Positions 1 to 11,309 of a stretch of 43,200 bases of DNA are shown piece by piece. The notes beneath the pieces are model-generated. The model worked only from the letters and a program-made list of their open reading frames with translations, made no database searches and was not told the origin of the DNA. The position numbers and the translations under genes are program-made. Source of the DNA: Sphaeroforma arctica JP610 (Eukaryota); the NCBI RefSeq assembly GCF_001186125.1, contig NW_014040190.1:1-43200 (forward strand), written 5' to 3'. Position 1 is the stretch's first letter, and every line of letters begins with the position of its first letter.

Positions 1-421
1 TATTTATATATTTGTGTGTGTATTTAAATATATTAATAAATGCAAACACATACACATGTATTTATATATATACATATATATATGTATATATATATATATA
101 TATATAAATATAAATGTCTTTTATTTGTATACATTTATTTCACATGTCTTTTATACATGCGTGTCATCAGAGTTCAAGGATTCGTAAATAAAGCACAGCA
201 TATTTCCATACACTTTATTACGACCATTTACACGCATTTGAAGAATGCCACTAGTCTTCATGTTGTTTCAAAGGTTTAATTGTCGGTTGGTATTTTGTGA
301 CTGGTGCATTCAATCATTCGCCTGAGCTATTCTGATATTACTAATATGAGCTATATGTATATTTATATTATGAACTATATTTATATTACTAATTTGAGCT
401 ATACCTATATTATCGATACAG

Positions 422-3350
422 GAGACTCAACGTCTGCAACAGGAACCAGTGCCTGGCATCGTCGCAGAACCTCAAGAAAACAATGCCGTATGTCAGTCAA
501 TCTGTAAATCACACAACTCTTTAGCCTATCGGTTTGGCATCTAATTTGAACCGATTTTTTCTCACAAAGTCCACAGATTGCTTCGGATATATTGTTTGTT
601 GGTTTTATGGGATTTGCTGCTCGATGTAAGCTAGTATTGAACTGTAGTACGTATGACCCAATTGAAAGCGAGCTCGTGTACAGCCTGATACGAATGAACA
701 CACCACCATTCACATCCTGACATGTTGTTGTTTACGTTTGATACCTATCCTTTACGTATGTATATATACATACACCACACACAAGCACATTTGTTTCGGT
801 AAACATAACCAACTGCTGTACGTACTGCTCTTCTGGACGCCAAATCGTAGCGCTACTTCATGGTGACAATGGATGGTCCTCCGGAGACTCCCTACTCTGG
901 TGGAAAGTTCAAGCTGGAGTTGTTCCTTGATAATGACTATCCCATGTGCCCGCCAAAAGTACGCTTCCTAACGCGGATCTACCACCCTAACATCGACAAG
1001 ATCGGTCGCATCTGTTTAGATATACTCAAAGGTATTATATCGACACATACTTGAAGCAGTTTTGTATAGATATGCTTGAAAGTATTCGATTCATATATGA
1101 TGTAGGCTATTTTATTGACAGATATACTGAAAGCTATTCTGTATGTATATACTTACAAGTATTCTATATATATATATATATATAAATATATATATACTGT
1201 AGGCTATTATATTGACACATACTTATAGCTATTTTGTATAGATATACTTAGTTATTCTATTATATATGCTGTAGGGTATTGCATTGACACTAATACTTGA
1301 AGCTATTTTGCATAGATATACTTATAGCGTTACTGTTTATATATACGGTAGGTTATTCCGTTTAAATATCTCTGAAGGTAGGGGTTCCCTGTGGATACTA
1401 TTTGCCTTTGCTAGTGGATGTTGTCGCTAACCATACTTGAAAAAAACTAGGTCGTACTTACTAGTGGGTTGCTTTGGGGCGCTGGTTGGTTTCTGTGTAG
1501 TCTTCTACAATGTTTTGTTCCGTGTATTGTATCTGACTAGATGCGTTCAATACAGGGAAAGTGTATGGGCATCTGTTGTTCCATGTGTTATTATAGTCTA
1601 TTCGTGCATGGGCTACTAATTGTTTGCTGTGTTTTTGACTTCTATTGATTCTCCTGTGGCTCGTCCGTTCAGGTATGTTCAAAGGCACGCCATTGCCTTG
1701 GCTTAGTTTCGGCTGATCTGGCAGCGATTAGTTGTGTGGCCATGGTTTATGTGTACGCCAAGCGTGTTACTGTATGGTGCTCTACTCAGGACTGTTTTAT
1801 ATTAAAATGTCAAAGTAGTTGCTGTATGGTGCTCTAAGCAGGGCTATCTCATATTATAATGTTTGACTGTCTTATATTGTAAAGTCTGACTGTCTCATAA
1901 TATAATGTCTGACTGTCTTATATTATAAAGTCTGACTGTCTCTTATTATAATGCCTGACTGTCTTATATTATAAAGTCTGACCGTCTCATATTATAATGT
2001 CTGACTGTCTTATATTATAAAGTCTGACCGTCTCATATTATAATGTCTGACTGTCTCATATTATAATGTCTGACTGTCCCATATTATAATGTTTGACTGG
2101 CTTGTATTATAAAGTCTGACGGTCTCATATTATAATGTCTGACTATCTTAAATTATAATGTCTGACCGTCTATATTATAACGTCTAAGTAGCTACTGTAT
2201 GCTGATATTGATTCGGCGGAGTTTTCTCAGCTGCGTGTTGGGTGAAAGTCATATCACGTCCTGCAGTACCATCACCAGCACTCGCAACTAGTGCAACACA
2301 ACCAGTGGATAGCCACCCCGTGCGACTACGCGATTGGTGGCCATGTCTCTCCCAGCCCTCTCCCTATACTCACAGTCTCATTCTAGTTCATCCGTTATCA
2401 ACCACACTCGTGTGTGTACTGATTAGTCGGTTGTTTGTCCCCATACACAGTCTCATTCTAGTTAATCCGTTATCAACCACACTCGGGTGTGTACTGATTA
2501 GTTGGTTGTTTGTGCACCTCTGCAGACAAGTGGAGTCCGGTGCTTCAAATCCGCACAGTGCTGCTGTCCATCCTGGCACTCATGTCCGCCCCAAACCCTG
2601 ACGATCCATTGGCCAACGATGTGGCTCAAGTGTGGAAGGACAACGAACCACAAGCACTACAAACAGGTACTCTTCAACTCTCATGAGCCTCTCGTGAGTG
2701 GAAATGGCGTGCGCTCATTAGCGTCTCAGAATTGGCGTGCGCTTATTAGCGTCTCAGAATTGGCGTGCGCTTATTACCCGCCCGTTTCATAATCTTTGGT
2801 CTGTCATGGTAGGTGGAGATATCATACACGACTAGTAGGATTGGCCTGCAAGAGCTTTACGCTTGGTGCATGCAGGCCTGCGCGAGTGCGAGTCAAAAAG
2901 ATGGATGGTGCTTTCATGTAAATAGTCTCATACGACTACAAGGCAATGATTTAGGTGTGCTGATATCGGATGTCTCATCACCTCATTTGAACTTCGTCAT
3001 GTATCGGTACAGTACAACACGCCAACCTGTGTGTGGAAATGGCGTGGCAATTCATTAGCACTCCTGTCGCTGCTCATAGTAAGGTAGTATACTTTTGCAA
3101 TGCACTGTGTTAGGCAGGTCCATCTTTCTGTCAGTGTATGGCTCTCTTCTCGAGCTGGTACTACTCGTGTGTATGTATATGCAACATTCCAGTGATCATG
3201 CACAAATCACAGTAGTGTCCCTTGTCCTTCATGAGTGCAATGTACCTGTCTATTGTGCTATACTTTTTAGACTGATCATGTGCATCATTCGATCTTTTTG
3301 TCGTTACCAATGCTGCAGCTAAAGAATGGACGGAGAAATATGCGAAATAA
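422..3350 (+). CDS. UBC13: Ubiquitin-conjugating enzyme E2 N (Ubc13), 5'-partial; exons 422-487, 851-1031, 2526-2666, 3319-3350
   Basis: GT-AG splicing with consistent phases gives [139 protein letters not shown]. It has the HPN motif, the catalytic Cys in RICLDIL and the Ubc13-typical ETQRL, KLELFL and [12 protein letters not shown]. No first exon (M..RIIK) was found in the window. Confidence 0.95.
1846..2186. repeat. Intronic minisatellite, 23-bp unit (TATTATAATGTCTGACTGTCTCA), ~15 copies
   Basis: Tandem array visible directly in the long UBC13 intron; units vary by substitutions. Confidence 0.9.
2365..2515. repeat. 75-bp direct duplication upstream of a UBC13 acceptor
   Basis: CACAGTCTCATTCTAGTT...GTTGTTTGT starts at 2371 and at 2446. 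Confidence 0.8.
2702..2776. repeat. 28-bp tandem repeat, ~2.5 copies
   Basis: TGGCGTGCGCT(C/T)ATTA starts at 2705, 2733 and 2761. Confidence 0.8.
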
Positions 3351-3919
3351 AGGCCGAGTTATCCAGAACATGTTCGCAGCTCGTATTTCCATAAGTTTAT
3401 TGCAAGTACACACGAGTGCAATAGATTAAGAATCATTTCAATCACCTTTATTCAATTGGCGATGAAGATGATGTTGTCACGCTTAATTATCAGACATGTA
3501 CCTGACTCCCAAACGAAGCAAAGAAACGCTGGTTTAGCGCGTGAGCTACAAGAGTCTACACTCGATCTTGTGATTTGGTTCTGGTGAAAATAAACCAACA
3601 TAAGGGGCAGGTTTTTGTGTACTAAATTTACTCATAGCCTCTTGTCGGCTAAGAAGGCTGTTATTTATTGCGATAATATACTGTACGTCTTGATGATGTC
3701 AAGTCTTAACCTGATTGAGATCAACTTGACGGCCTTTTTCGGGCGCGTCTAATTTAGAACGTCCCAATGCAGCAGTTCAATGAATTTGCGTGGATTGCAT
3801 ATTGAACAACCAAGCCCTGCTTCAGCACTGACGCTTCAACGTTAGCGAGCCTTGATATGTCAACTTCATGTCAACGTCGCCAGTAGAGGGGAAAAGCAAT
3901 CTCCAGTGTAGTACACCTC

Positions 3920-4212
3920 ACACAATAGAGCGTACCCCACTAACACACTTATAGGCAGATAAAAAATAGAGCGTACCCCACTAACACACCTATAGCCAGA
4001 TAAACAATAGAGCGTACCCCACTAACACACCTATAGCCAGATAAACAATAGAGCGTACCCCACTTACACACTTATAGCCAGATAAACAATAGAGCGTACC
4101 CCACTTACACACTTATAGCCAGACGTACACAATAGAGCGTACCCCACTAACACACTTAAAGCCAGACGTACACAATAGAGCGTACCCCACTAACACACTT
4201 AAAGCCAGACGT
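3920..4212. repeat. 41-43-bp minisatellite, 7 copies, between the convergent UBC13 and adenosyltransferase 3' ends
   Basis: Unit AATAGAGCGTACCCCACTAACACACTTATAGCCAGA... repeated head to tail with no unique spacers. Confidence 0.9.
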
Positions 4213-4355
4213 AGTCCTCACACAAGACGGCCGTTCCAGTACTACCACTCGCCACTCAGCACGCGACCATCTAACTATATCACCTCACCAAGAGAGACTA
4301 TCACTCCAAGGGAAACTATGCCACTCCAAGGGAGATTATACCACCCCAAGGAAGA

Positions 4356-5462
4356 CTATGAGGTCTTGGTGACGTTAGGGTTCCACACCATCTCATCCAC
4401 ATCGATCTGCACACACAACCACCGCCCCCACACAAAGAATGCATCGCTCAGGCGGTTAACGTATTTGATCACGGCGGGTGGCACCTGCACTCAAGGACAG
4501 ACCGGACAAGATAATTTTTAAGGAAAAAGTTGTTCGATACTATATGTATGGCGAGATTAAGAGTGTAGGCTAGTTTTATAGACAAAGACTGTAAATAAAG
4601 ATACAATGAAATACATTGCTCGAATATTCTACGTGTTGGATCAATCTAGATTCCTATATATATATATATGTATGTATACTATGTATATATATATGCATGC
4701 ATACATATATATACAAATAATATACTATAATATATATATATATATATACATATATGTGTGTCCGAACAGAACGAGCCGTCCAGATTGTTCTAATAATCGA
4801 TCACTGATCATAAGCGTCACCTAAAAATGGACCAACACTCCACACAGACATGTATAAACACGCTGACATATTGCAGTGTGCACACAATCCTAATTATGTT
4901 AGATAGCATAGATACAAGTGCATATATTTAGTTTATGATCTAAACTACGTCTAGAAAATGCATATGTTACATGAAACATTATGGTGAGCTCCAATGGCCA
5001 CATAAATTCACACAATGACGTCTTCCACAGACCATGTAGAACCCGACACTAGCATACTCGAGAAACGACAAAACCACACACACAATCACTCCCGTGCACG
5101 CGTACGATGAAAAGCTTTTTTTGCGGATTGAAAAGGCAACAATCACACATACGCACACACACATATACGTATCAGATCCATACCCCTGCATTTTCTTCGC
5201 GGTTGAGTGCAACAATGGACCTTTCCGCTCTGCGACAGACTGTACGACACACATGCATGTCAGTGTTCGCTCGACAGCCCCCGGGTAAGATGAATGACTT
5301 GAGATCAGGCAGTGTATCGTTGCACATATCAATGTCTCGTTCCAGATCCTCAATGTCAACGTCCTCGATCTGAGGGAAGATGGATGACTTGAGGCCAGAA
5401 AATGATATGTACACGTGCACATCTACATAATACAACGTACACGTACAAGTACATAACATACG

Positions 5463-5493
<31 letters not shown>

Positions 5494-7186
5494 ACATACA
5501 TAACGGACATATAATAATGCCAATACCAATGTGACAATCCAGATCATCTAAGTCAGCGTCTTCGATGTGGATCAGGCAGTATAAGGTGATTGGTATGTAC
5601 TCGCGACTGAAACTGCAATCAAAGTAGATACACGATAAAGTCACATTCGATGCAACTTAACAACATCCAATTGCGTTCCTTCCCTCCATTGTACAGCAAC
5701 GTGGATACGACTTGCACAAATCACTTTCAAATGACGCTGTCGTCATCCAAGAGCCAGCACGGCAAGTAGCAGCAAATGTCTCGACATATACAGCTCGAAA
5801 TGGACAAGTACCTGGTATATATACATGAAAACAACAGTAAACTTCAGACATCGATGGCAGCTCGATACTTTCTGCATCGATTGTACGTGATCATTCCTGG
5901 GAAACAAGTACATTGTATCACACGCCTGTTAAACATAGCAAAGATGATAAGGCGGCACCTTTGACCACAGATCTACCTAGAGATACGGTGGACACTAAAC
6001 TCTAAACGCTTTAAAAATTATGAGATAGACCCGGGGATATGCGACCGATCGATAGCACATCCGACATACTCGAAATCAGTGCCAAAAGCATACCTGTGGC
6101 TGTTTAGGGTGCACGTCCTCTGGCATGGTTGCTAAGATTGAGCCCGCATTGAACAGATGGTGTTGTACTTTGACCAGCATGTCAACGAGGTCAGCCTGTG
6201 CAGTAGAGATATGCACTGCAGGTTTATTTCAAGCTAACATATCTGCTAGAGATAAGACGCGTTTCACAGAATCGATGTGTGGGCGCGTGTGCTGAGACTG
6301 CGACACGAGTCAGCCACAAATCACCCAGCAGTTCTGTGTTGGTATATGCGGTTATGCGGTATACATGATCCGCATAACCGTACTGTAGTATATGTCTAAG
6401 ATTCCTTACACATACGCACCAATCCAACACAGTGCCGCACACAGAACGCACTATGACGCGTATAGTGTTTTGATAGTAGTCGCAAGTCAGTATACTGGTT
6501 GCAAACTAAGCTATCTCTGAGAGCACGGCGAGTATCTATTTGATCTGGTAACGATTTCTGTCAATGACAGTACAGACAAAAACAAATGAGTCCCCACTCA
6601 AGAGTTCGACCTCGACGTGCCTTTGCTTCATGCTTTTAGCCAAGATTACGCTTGATACTATAAGACTAGCACAGCCAATAAGTACTATATACTATAAGAC
6701 TAGCACAGCCAATAAGTACTATATACTATAAGACTAGCACAGCCAATAAGTACTATATACTATAAGACTAGCACAGCCAATAAGTACTATATACTATACG
6801 ACTAGCACAGCCAATAAGTACTATATACTATAAGCGAGCACCGCCTGTATATATGATATACTACACAAAATGCATAAACAGACTGTGTTCGCGGCACACA
6901 AATCTTTCACAGCTACTGGTGCTTAGAAAGTGCATCGTGAGTGTAACTGTAGTGGTAGCGTACAATTGCCCCAATAGAACATCCAAAGCAAGACCAGTCA
7001 AAACACAACACGCACCTGAGCGTCAGGCACACTCTTCATATCGACTTTGATGGATTGTATTGTAGATCCCACGAACGCGTTCAGTTCGTCCAGCGTGCCG
7101 TAGCACTCTATGCGCACATCATCCTTCTGCACGCGGTTGCCGCCCACAAGGCTTGTCATACCCTCATCGCCAGAGCGGGTATACAC
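4356..7186 (-). CDS. MMAB: ATP:cob(I)alamin adenosyltransferase, PduO/MMAB family; core exons 7186-7016, 6195-6094, 5369-5184, 4484-4356; first exon uncertain (candidates at ~7250-7340 and ~7450-7495)
   Basis: Phase-0 GT-AG introns give [40 protein letters not shown]...[55 protein letters not shown]...[15 protein letters not shown]...[22 protein letters not shown]...WNPNVTKTS*. The PduO signatures YTRxGD, GTx[19 protein letters not shown] and NRLSDxxF are all present. Confidence 0.93.
6655..6833. repeat. 34-bp intronic tandem repeat, ~5 copies
   Basis: ATACTATAAGACTAGCACAGCCAATAAGTACTAT repeated almost perfectly. Confidence 0.92.
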
Positions 7187-7989
7187 CTGTGGAAGTGGCA
7201 GAGATAGATGGATAGCTATTTGTTAGTGTCAACAGACTACACGAGATCACTCTATTTCGCGGTATAGGTGAAGATCCAGAATCCGTGAGGGGTTGCGGTG
7301 CACCTCGGGTGACGATGTATACATGCTTTTGCATGACATTTGCATGTGTCTATGACAATCAGGGTGTGTCCGATTGGACAACACAAACTACATGGCAGCA
7401 TAATGAACGAACGCACGAATTGCTACAAAGATTATAGAAACTACATACAAACGTGTTTCAGCTGAGGTCGTTGGAATTTGTAAATATGCATCATTTTTTA
7501 CAATATATGTATGTATATGTATATACATTTATATATGAATTTTGTAAAAAAAATTCTAAGTGCAATACTAATAAATACAAAGTGAAATCTATGTATCTTT
7601 CAGTGTGTATTAATGTAATGTAGTGTATTAGCTCCTAGAAACTAGAGACTGATCACTTCATAGTGTCTGCTTACACACGACAGCCCACGCCCCATGGCGC
7701 CTACAACAAGTTAGATCCATATGGACACTCACTATTGGCCTAGACCATGGCGACCGTTCCATTCTGGATACTGTCGCCATTATCTACATGTTTTAACCCA
7801 CTTTACAGCTGTAAAATTACTCTTAAGTTAGCTCAAATTCTCATAACCCATCTACAGTAACCTAGCTTTATAAACAAACTATTGATTTACATACCTAAAC
7901 CTTTACTTGACAAAATCCCATCCTATTCTAAGAATACGTGGAGTCACTATCACACGTGTCATATACCAAATACAATACATATCGATGAA

Positions 7990-8631
7990 TACATAGATAG
8001 ATATATATATACAAATCATACATACATATTATATATATATATATAGATACATATATATATATATATATATATATTAAGATATGCATACATCTGTATACAT
8101 GTTTTCATATGATTTTGATGTACATGTATATATATATAGCTATATATATATAAATAAATGAGACTATTATATCTATATATATATATATATATATATNNNN
8201 NNNNNNNNNNNNNNNNNNNNNNNNNNNNNNNNNNNNNNNNNNNNNNNNNNNNNNNNNNNNNNNNNNNNNNNNNNNNNNNNNNNNNNNNNNNNNNNNNNNN
8301 NNNNNNNNNNNNNNNNNNNNNNNNNNNNNNNNNNNNNNNNNNNNNNNNNNNNNNNNNNNNNNNNNNNNNNNNNNNNNNNNNNNNNNNNNNNNNNNNNNNN
8401 NNNNNNNNNNNNNNNNNNNNNNNNNNNNNNNNNNNNNNNNNNNNNNNNNNNNNNNNNNNNNNNNNNNNNNNNNNNNNNNNNNNNNNNNNNNNNNNNNNNN
8501 NNNNNNNNNNNNNNNNNNNNNNNNNNNNNNNNNNNNNNNNNNNNNNNNNNNNNNNNNNNNNNNNNNNNNNNNNNNNNNNNNNNNNNNNNNNNNNNNNNNN
8601 NNNNNNNNNNNNNNNNNNNNNNNNNNNNNNN

Positions 8632-8705
<74 letters not shown>

Positions 8706-8730
8706 TTTATATAATATATATATATATATA
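7990..8730. repeat. (AT)n microsatellite tract containing an assembly gap (N 8197-8631)
   Basis: AT dinucleotide runs flank the N run. Confidence 0.9.
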
Positions 8731-11309
8731 CGGTGGCTTTTCCTGGCGTTCGAGTAAGAGTCATTGAAGGCCATAAGGATGATTTTAAATAGAACGAAAG
8801 TATACTTATACCGGCATGAGTTTGCACAATACTTGGAACCTGAAAGAATACCCTTCGGTAACATGTACTAGCTAAGAATTTCGTGTTTACACTCGAAAAA
8901 AATGTTAGAAACCACGCATTGCAAGAAATATGCGTATGATACTTATGCCAAACTGAAAGCTCACATTCACACACATAGCCAGCAAAATGGGCAGTTTGAC
9001 TACCTTGTTGATGGTGAATTTAGGGTCACTGAACTTTTCGGACATTCTTGCTCTCTTCAAATCTCTCTCTATTTAGTTTGTAGCGTGTACGTGAATCACA
9101 CAAGAGATTTAAAATCGCTTCTAAAATACGAATATGAAATCAAACTAAATATTGTAGTCGAATATCTGCATGAAATCAATAAATAAATGTCGTGTAAACC
9201 AAACATAGAGAGAGTGAAGAAGTCGAAAGTGACTCGCGAACTTGTGAAGTCGAAAGACGAAACCCGAAGAACCACGCTGTTTTTATTATGTAAATATTTT
9301 TGGAAAGGAAACTCGCAATCTGACATAAATATGAGGTGATGTTGATGAATTTGATGACAGTCAAATACTGTAACTGGTATTGTGAACATGTTCGACACAA
9401 CAACCCAGCCCCCCAGCCCGAGAGAAGTTGAAAGCTGACAAACCCCTAATGTATTTATCTATTATTTCAAATTTGAAGACAGCTTTATACGGCTACTGGG
9501 TCACTGGGAATCTGGGATAAATAAATGTATATGGCGCGGCAGCCGTGCGTGCGCCGCGCGGTGGTCGGCAGCGGGCAGACAGGCGCCGGCGGCTGGGTTT
9601 TGACTGTTGAGCTGTCAATGAAACCTCTTAGGTTTGGGTGGTTGTTTGTCTCACATGTCGCCGGCATCATGCGAAGTTGCGAACAACTGTTTCAGTGTTT
9701 TTAGGTCTACCCCTTGCGAATAACAAACAATGGAAAGTCAAAATTATGTCATGTATTTTTTAATAGTCATTGAGAGTATGTATGAGGCTCTGACTCACTG
9801 TCACGGAGGCCCTGTCAGGCTGTCGTTCCCTGACACAAGTGACATCATCATTTGTGCGCCAAAATGTGGGGCCACGGGCAGAGGGAAGGCGCGGGGAGGC
9901 GGGATTTTTGCATACATAGCCTTCTCTGATTTTTGACACATGTGTTGATGACAACATTAGACACGTCGACATTCGACAGTCGACACTCGACACTCGGCAA
10001 TACATACCGGTATATTGAGTTTAACCTCAGTTCGGTACTTTATAAATTTTATCCATTTATTTTATTTTTGATTGTATGTATTGTAGTTTTTCATATACAA
10101 AATGATAAACTAAATGAAAACGAATATATTTACGTATACTAAAACCATAAATAGTCTATGTAAATAAATAGGTCCAGAATAGAGGCACCGCCGCAAAGCG
10201 ACACAGATAGATTTTTTATATTGTAGGGTATACATACTACATATTTAGCATGAAATTCCTTATTCCTACATCTACAACTGCTACTAGTACACATACGTGT
10301 TCTTGAAATATACAACTGGTTCTTTTACTGAACCTAAAAGGATTTAACAATCTACTTGTTAGAACTGAGTAAAGTCAAAGAACGCCAATGACGAACAAAA
10401 TGAAAGAGACTATATTCCTAAGTTACACCAATCGTTCATAGATTTTGTTTAATATTTATCTCGGCGAATCATAATACTCCATTTAAATGCTGTGCACTGG
10501 CTATTATTTTTATCTATTTATATCTCGCCTAGACAATGGGCAAATTTGAAGAATTATCGATTCGTCATTTGTCGACTAATTTGGAAAAAGCTTTTCAACC
10601 GTCTAGTATTTGCGGGACCTGGCCTTTTTACTCTTATAATTGACAGTGACAGCCTTGGCCCGAAGGCGACTTGTGAACCGACAAAAAACATTTTTTTAAA
10701 AACAATATATATATATAAATTACAGCTGTTATTCGCACTTCATTGTCGCACAAATGCCAAAGCCTTTCTGTGTCAGATTTCTTTTTTGTTTTATCGGAAT
10801 ATTTGCATAAATATGGAACACATGAAAATGCGTAAGAGTTTATGATGACTCATATTGTCATAAAATGAACTGACATCAGAGTCAGAATGTCAGATACGGG
10901 TGCTGGACTCCTGGACTACTACTACTGGCATACAGGTCTCAACTCTGGAGCATCGGGAGCCTCTGGGGCAGTTGTCGGCCACTCGAGCGCGTCAAATTGA
11001 CACTAAAAAGCCAAATTGTATTTAAAGGCTGAACAGAGGAAGGTATAAATTTCTTAAATTTCTTGACACGTTTTTGAAGCTGAAGAATTCCGAATTTCCG
11101 ATACCATCCGGTGTTCGTGTTGCCTGGTCAAAAATTCCTGAAATTTTATGCTGCCACTTAATGGTTCAAAGCAAATTCGCAAATTCGCAACTTCGCAGTC
11201 GCATAATCGATAGGTATATACACTGTCAATTCCTTCGCATTAAGAATCACATCTCTTTGTTTGACTATCAGAAGCATCGAGCTACCTGTAGACGAATCAA
11301 CGTATCAAC

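Noticed and set aside
3688..3735. SECIS-like hairpin (ATGA...AA...) downstream of UBC13
   Set aside because: There is no 3' GA to complete the quartet, and neither flanking gene has an in-frame TGA.
3920..4212. CRISPR-like array (also the 6655-6833 and 24940-25200 arrays)
   Set aside because: The units are head to tail with no unique spacers, there are no cas genes, and the context is eukaryotic. These are minisatellites.
7260..7315. Cobalamin riboswitch-like GGTGAAGATCC upstream of the adenosyltransferase
   Set aside because: It is on the antisense strand, and no GGGAA or B12-box elements occur in the right arrangement.
8016..8974. Long ORFs across the N gap (also 20473-21091)
   Set aside because: They are artefacts of (AT)n repeats and N runs.
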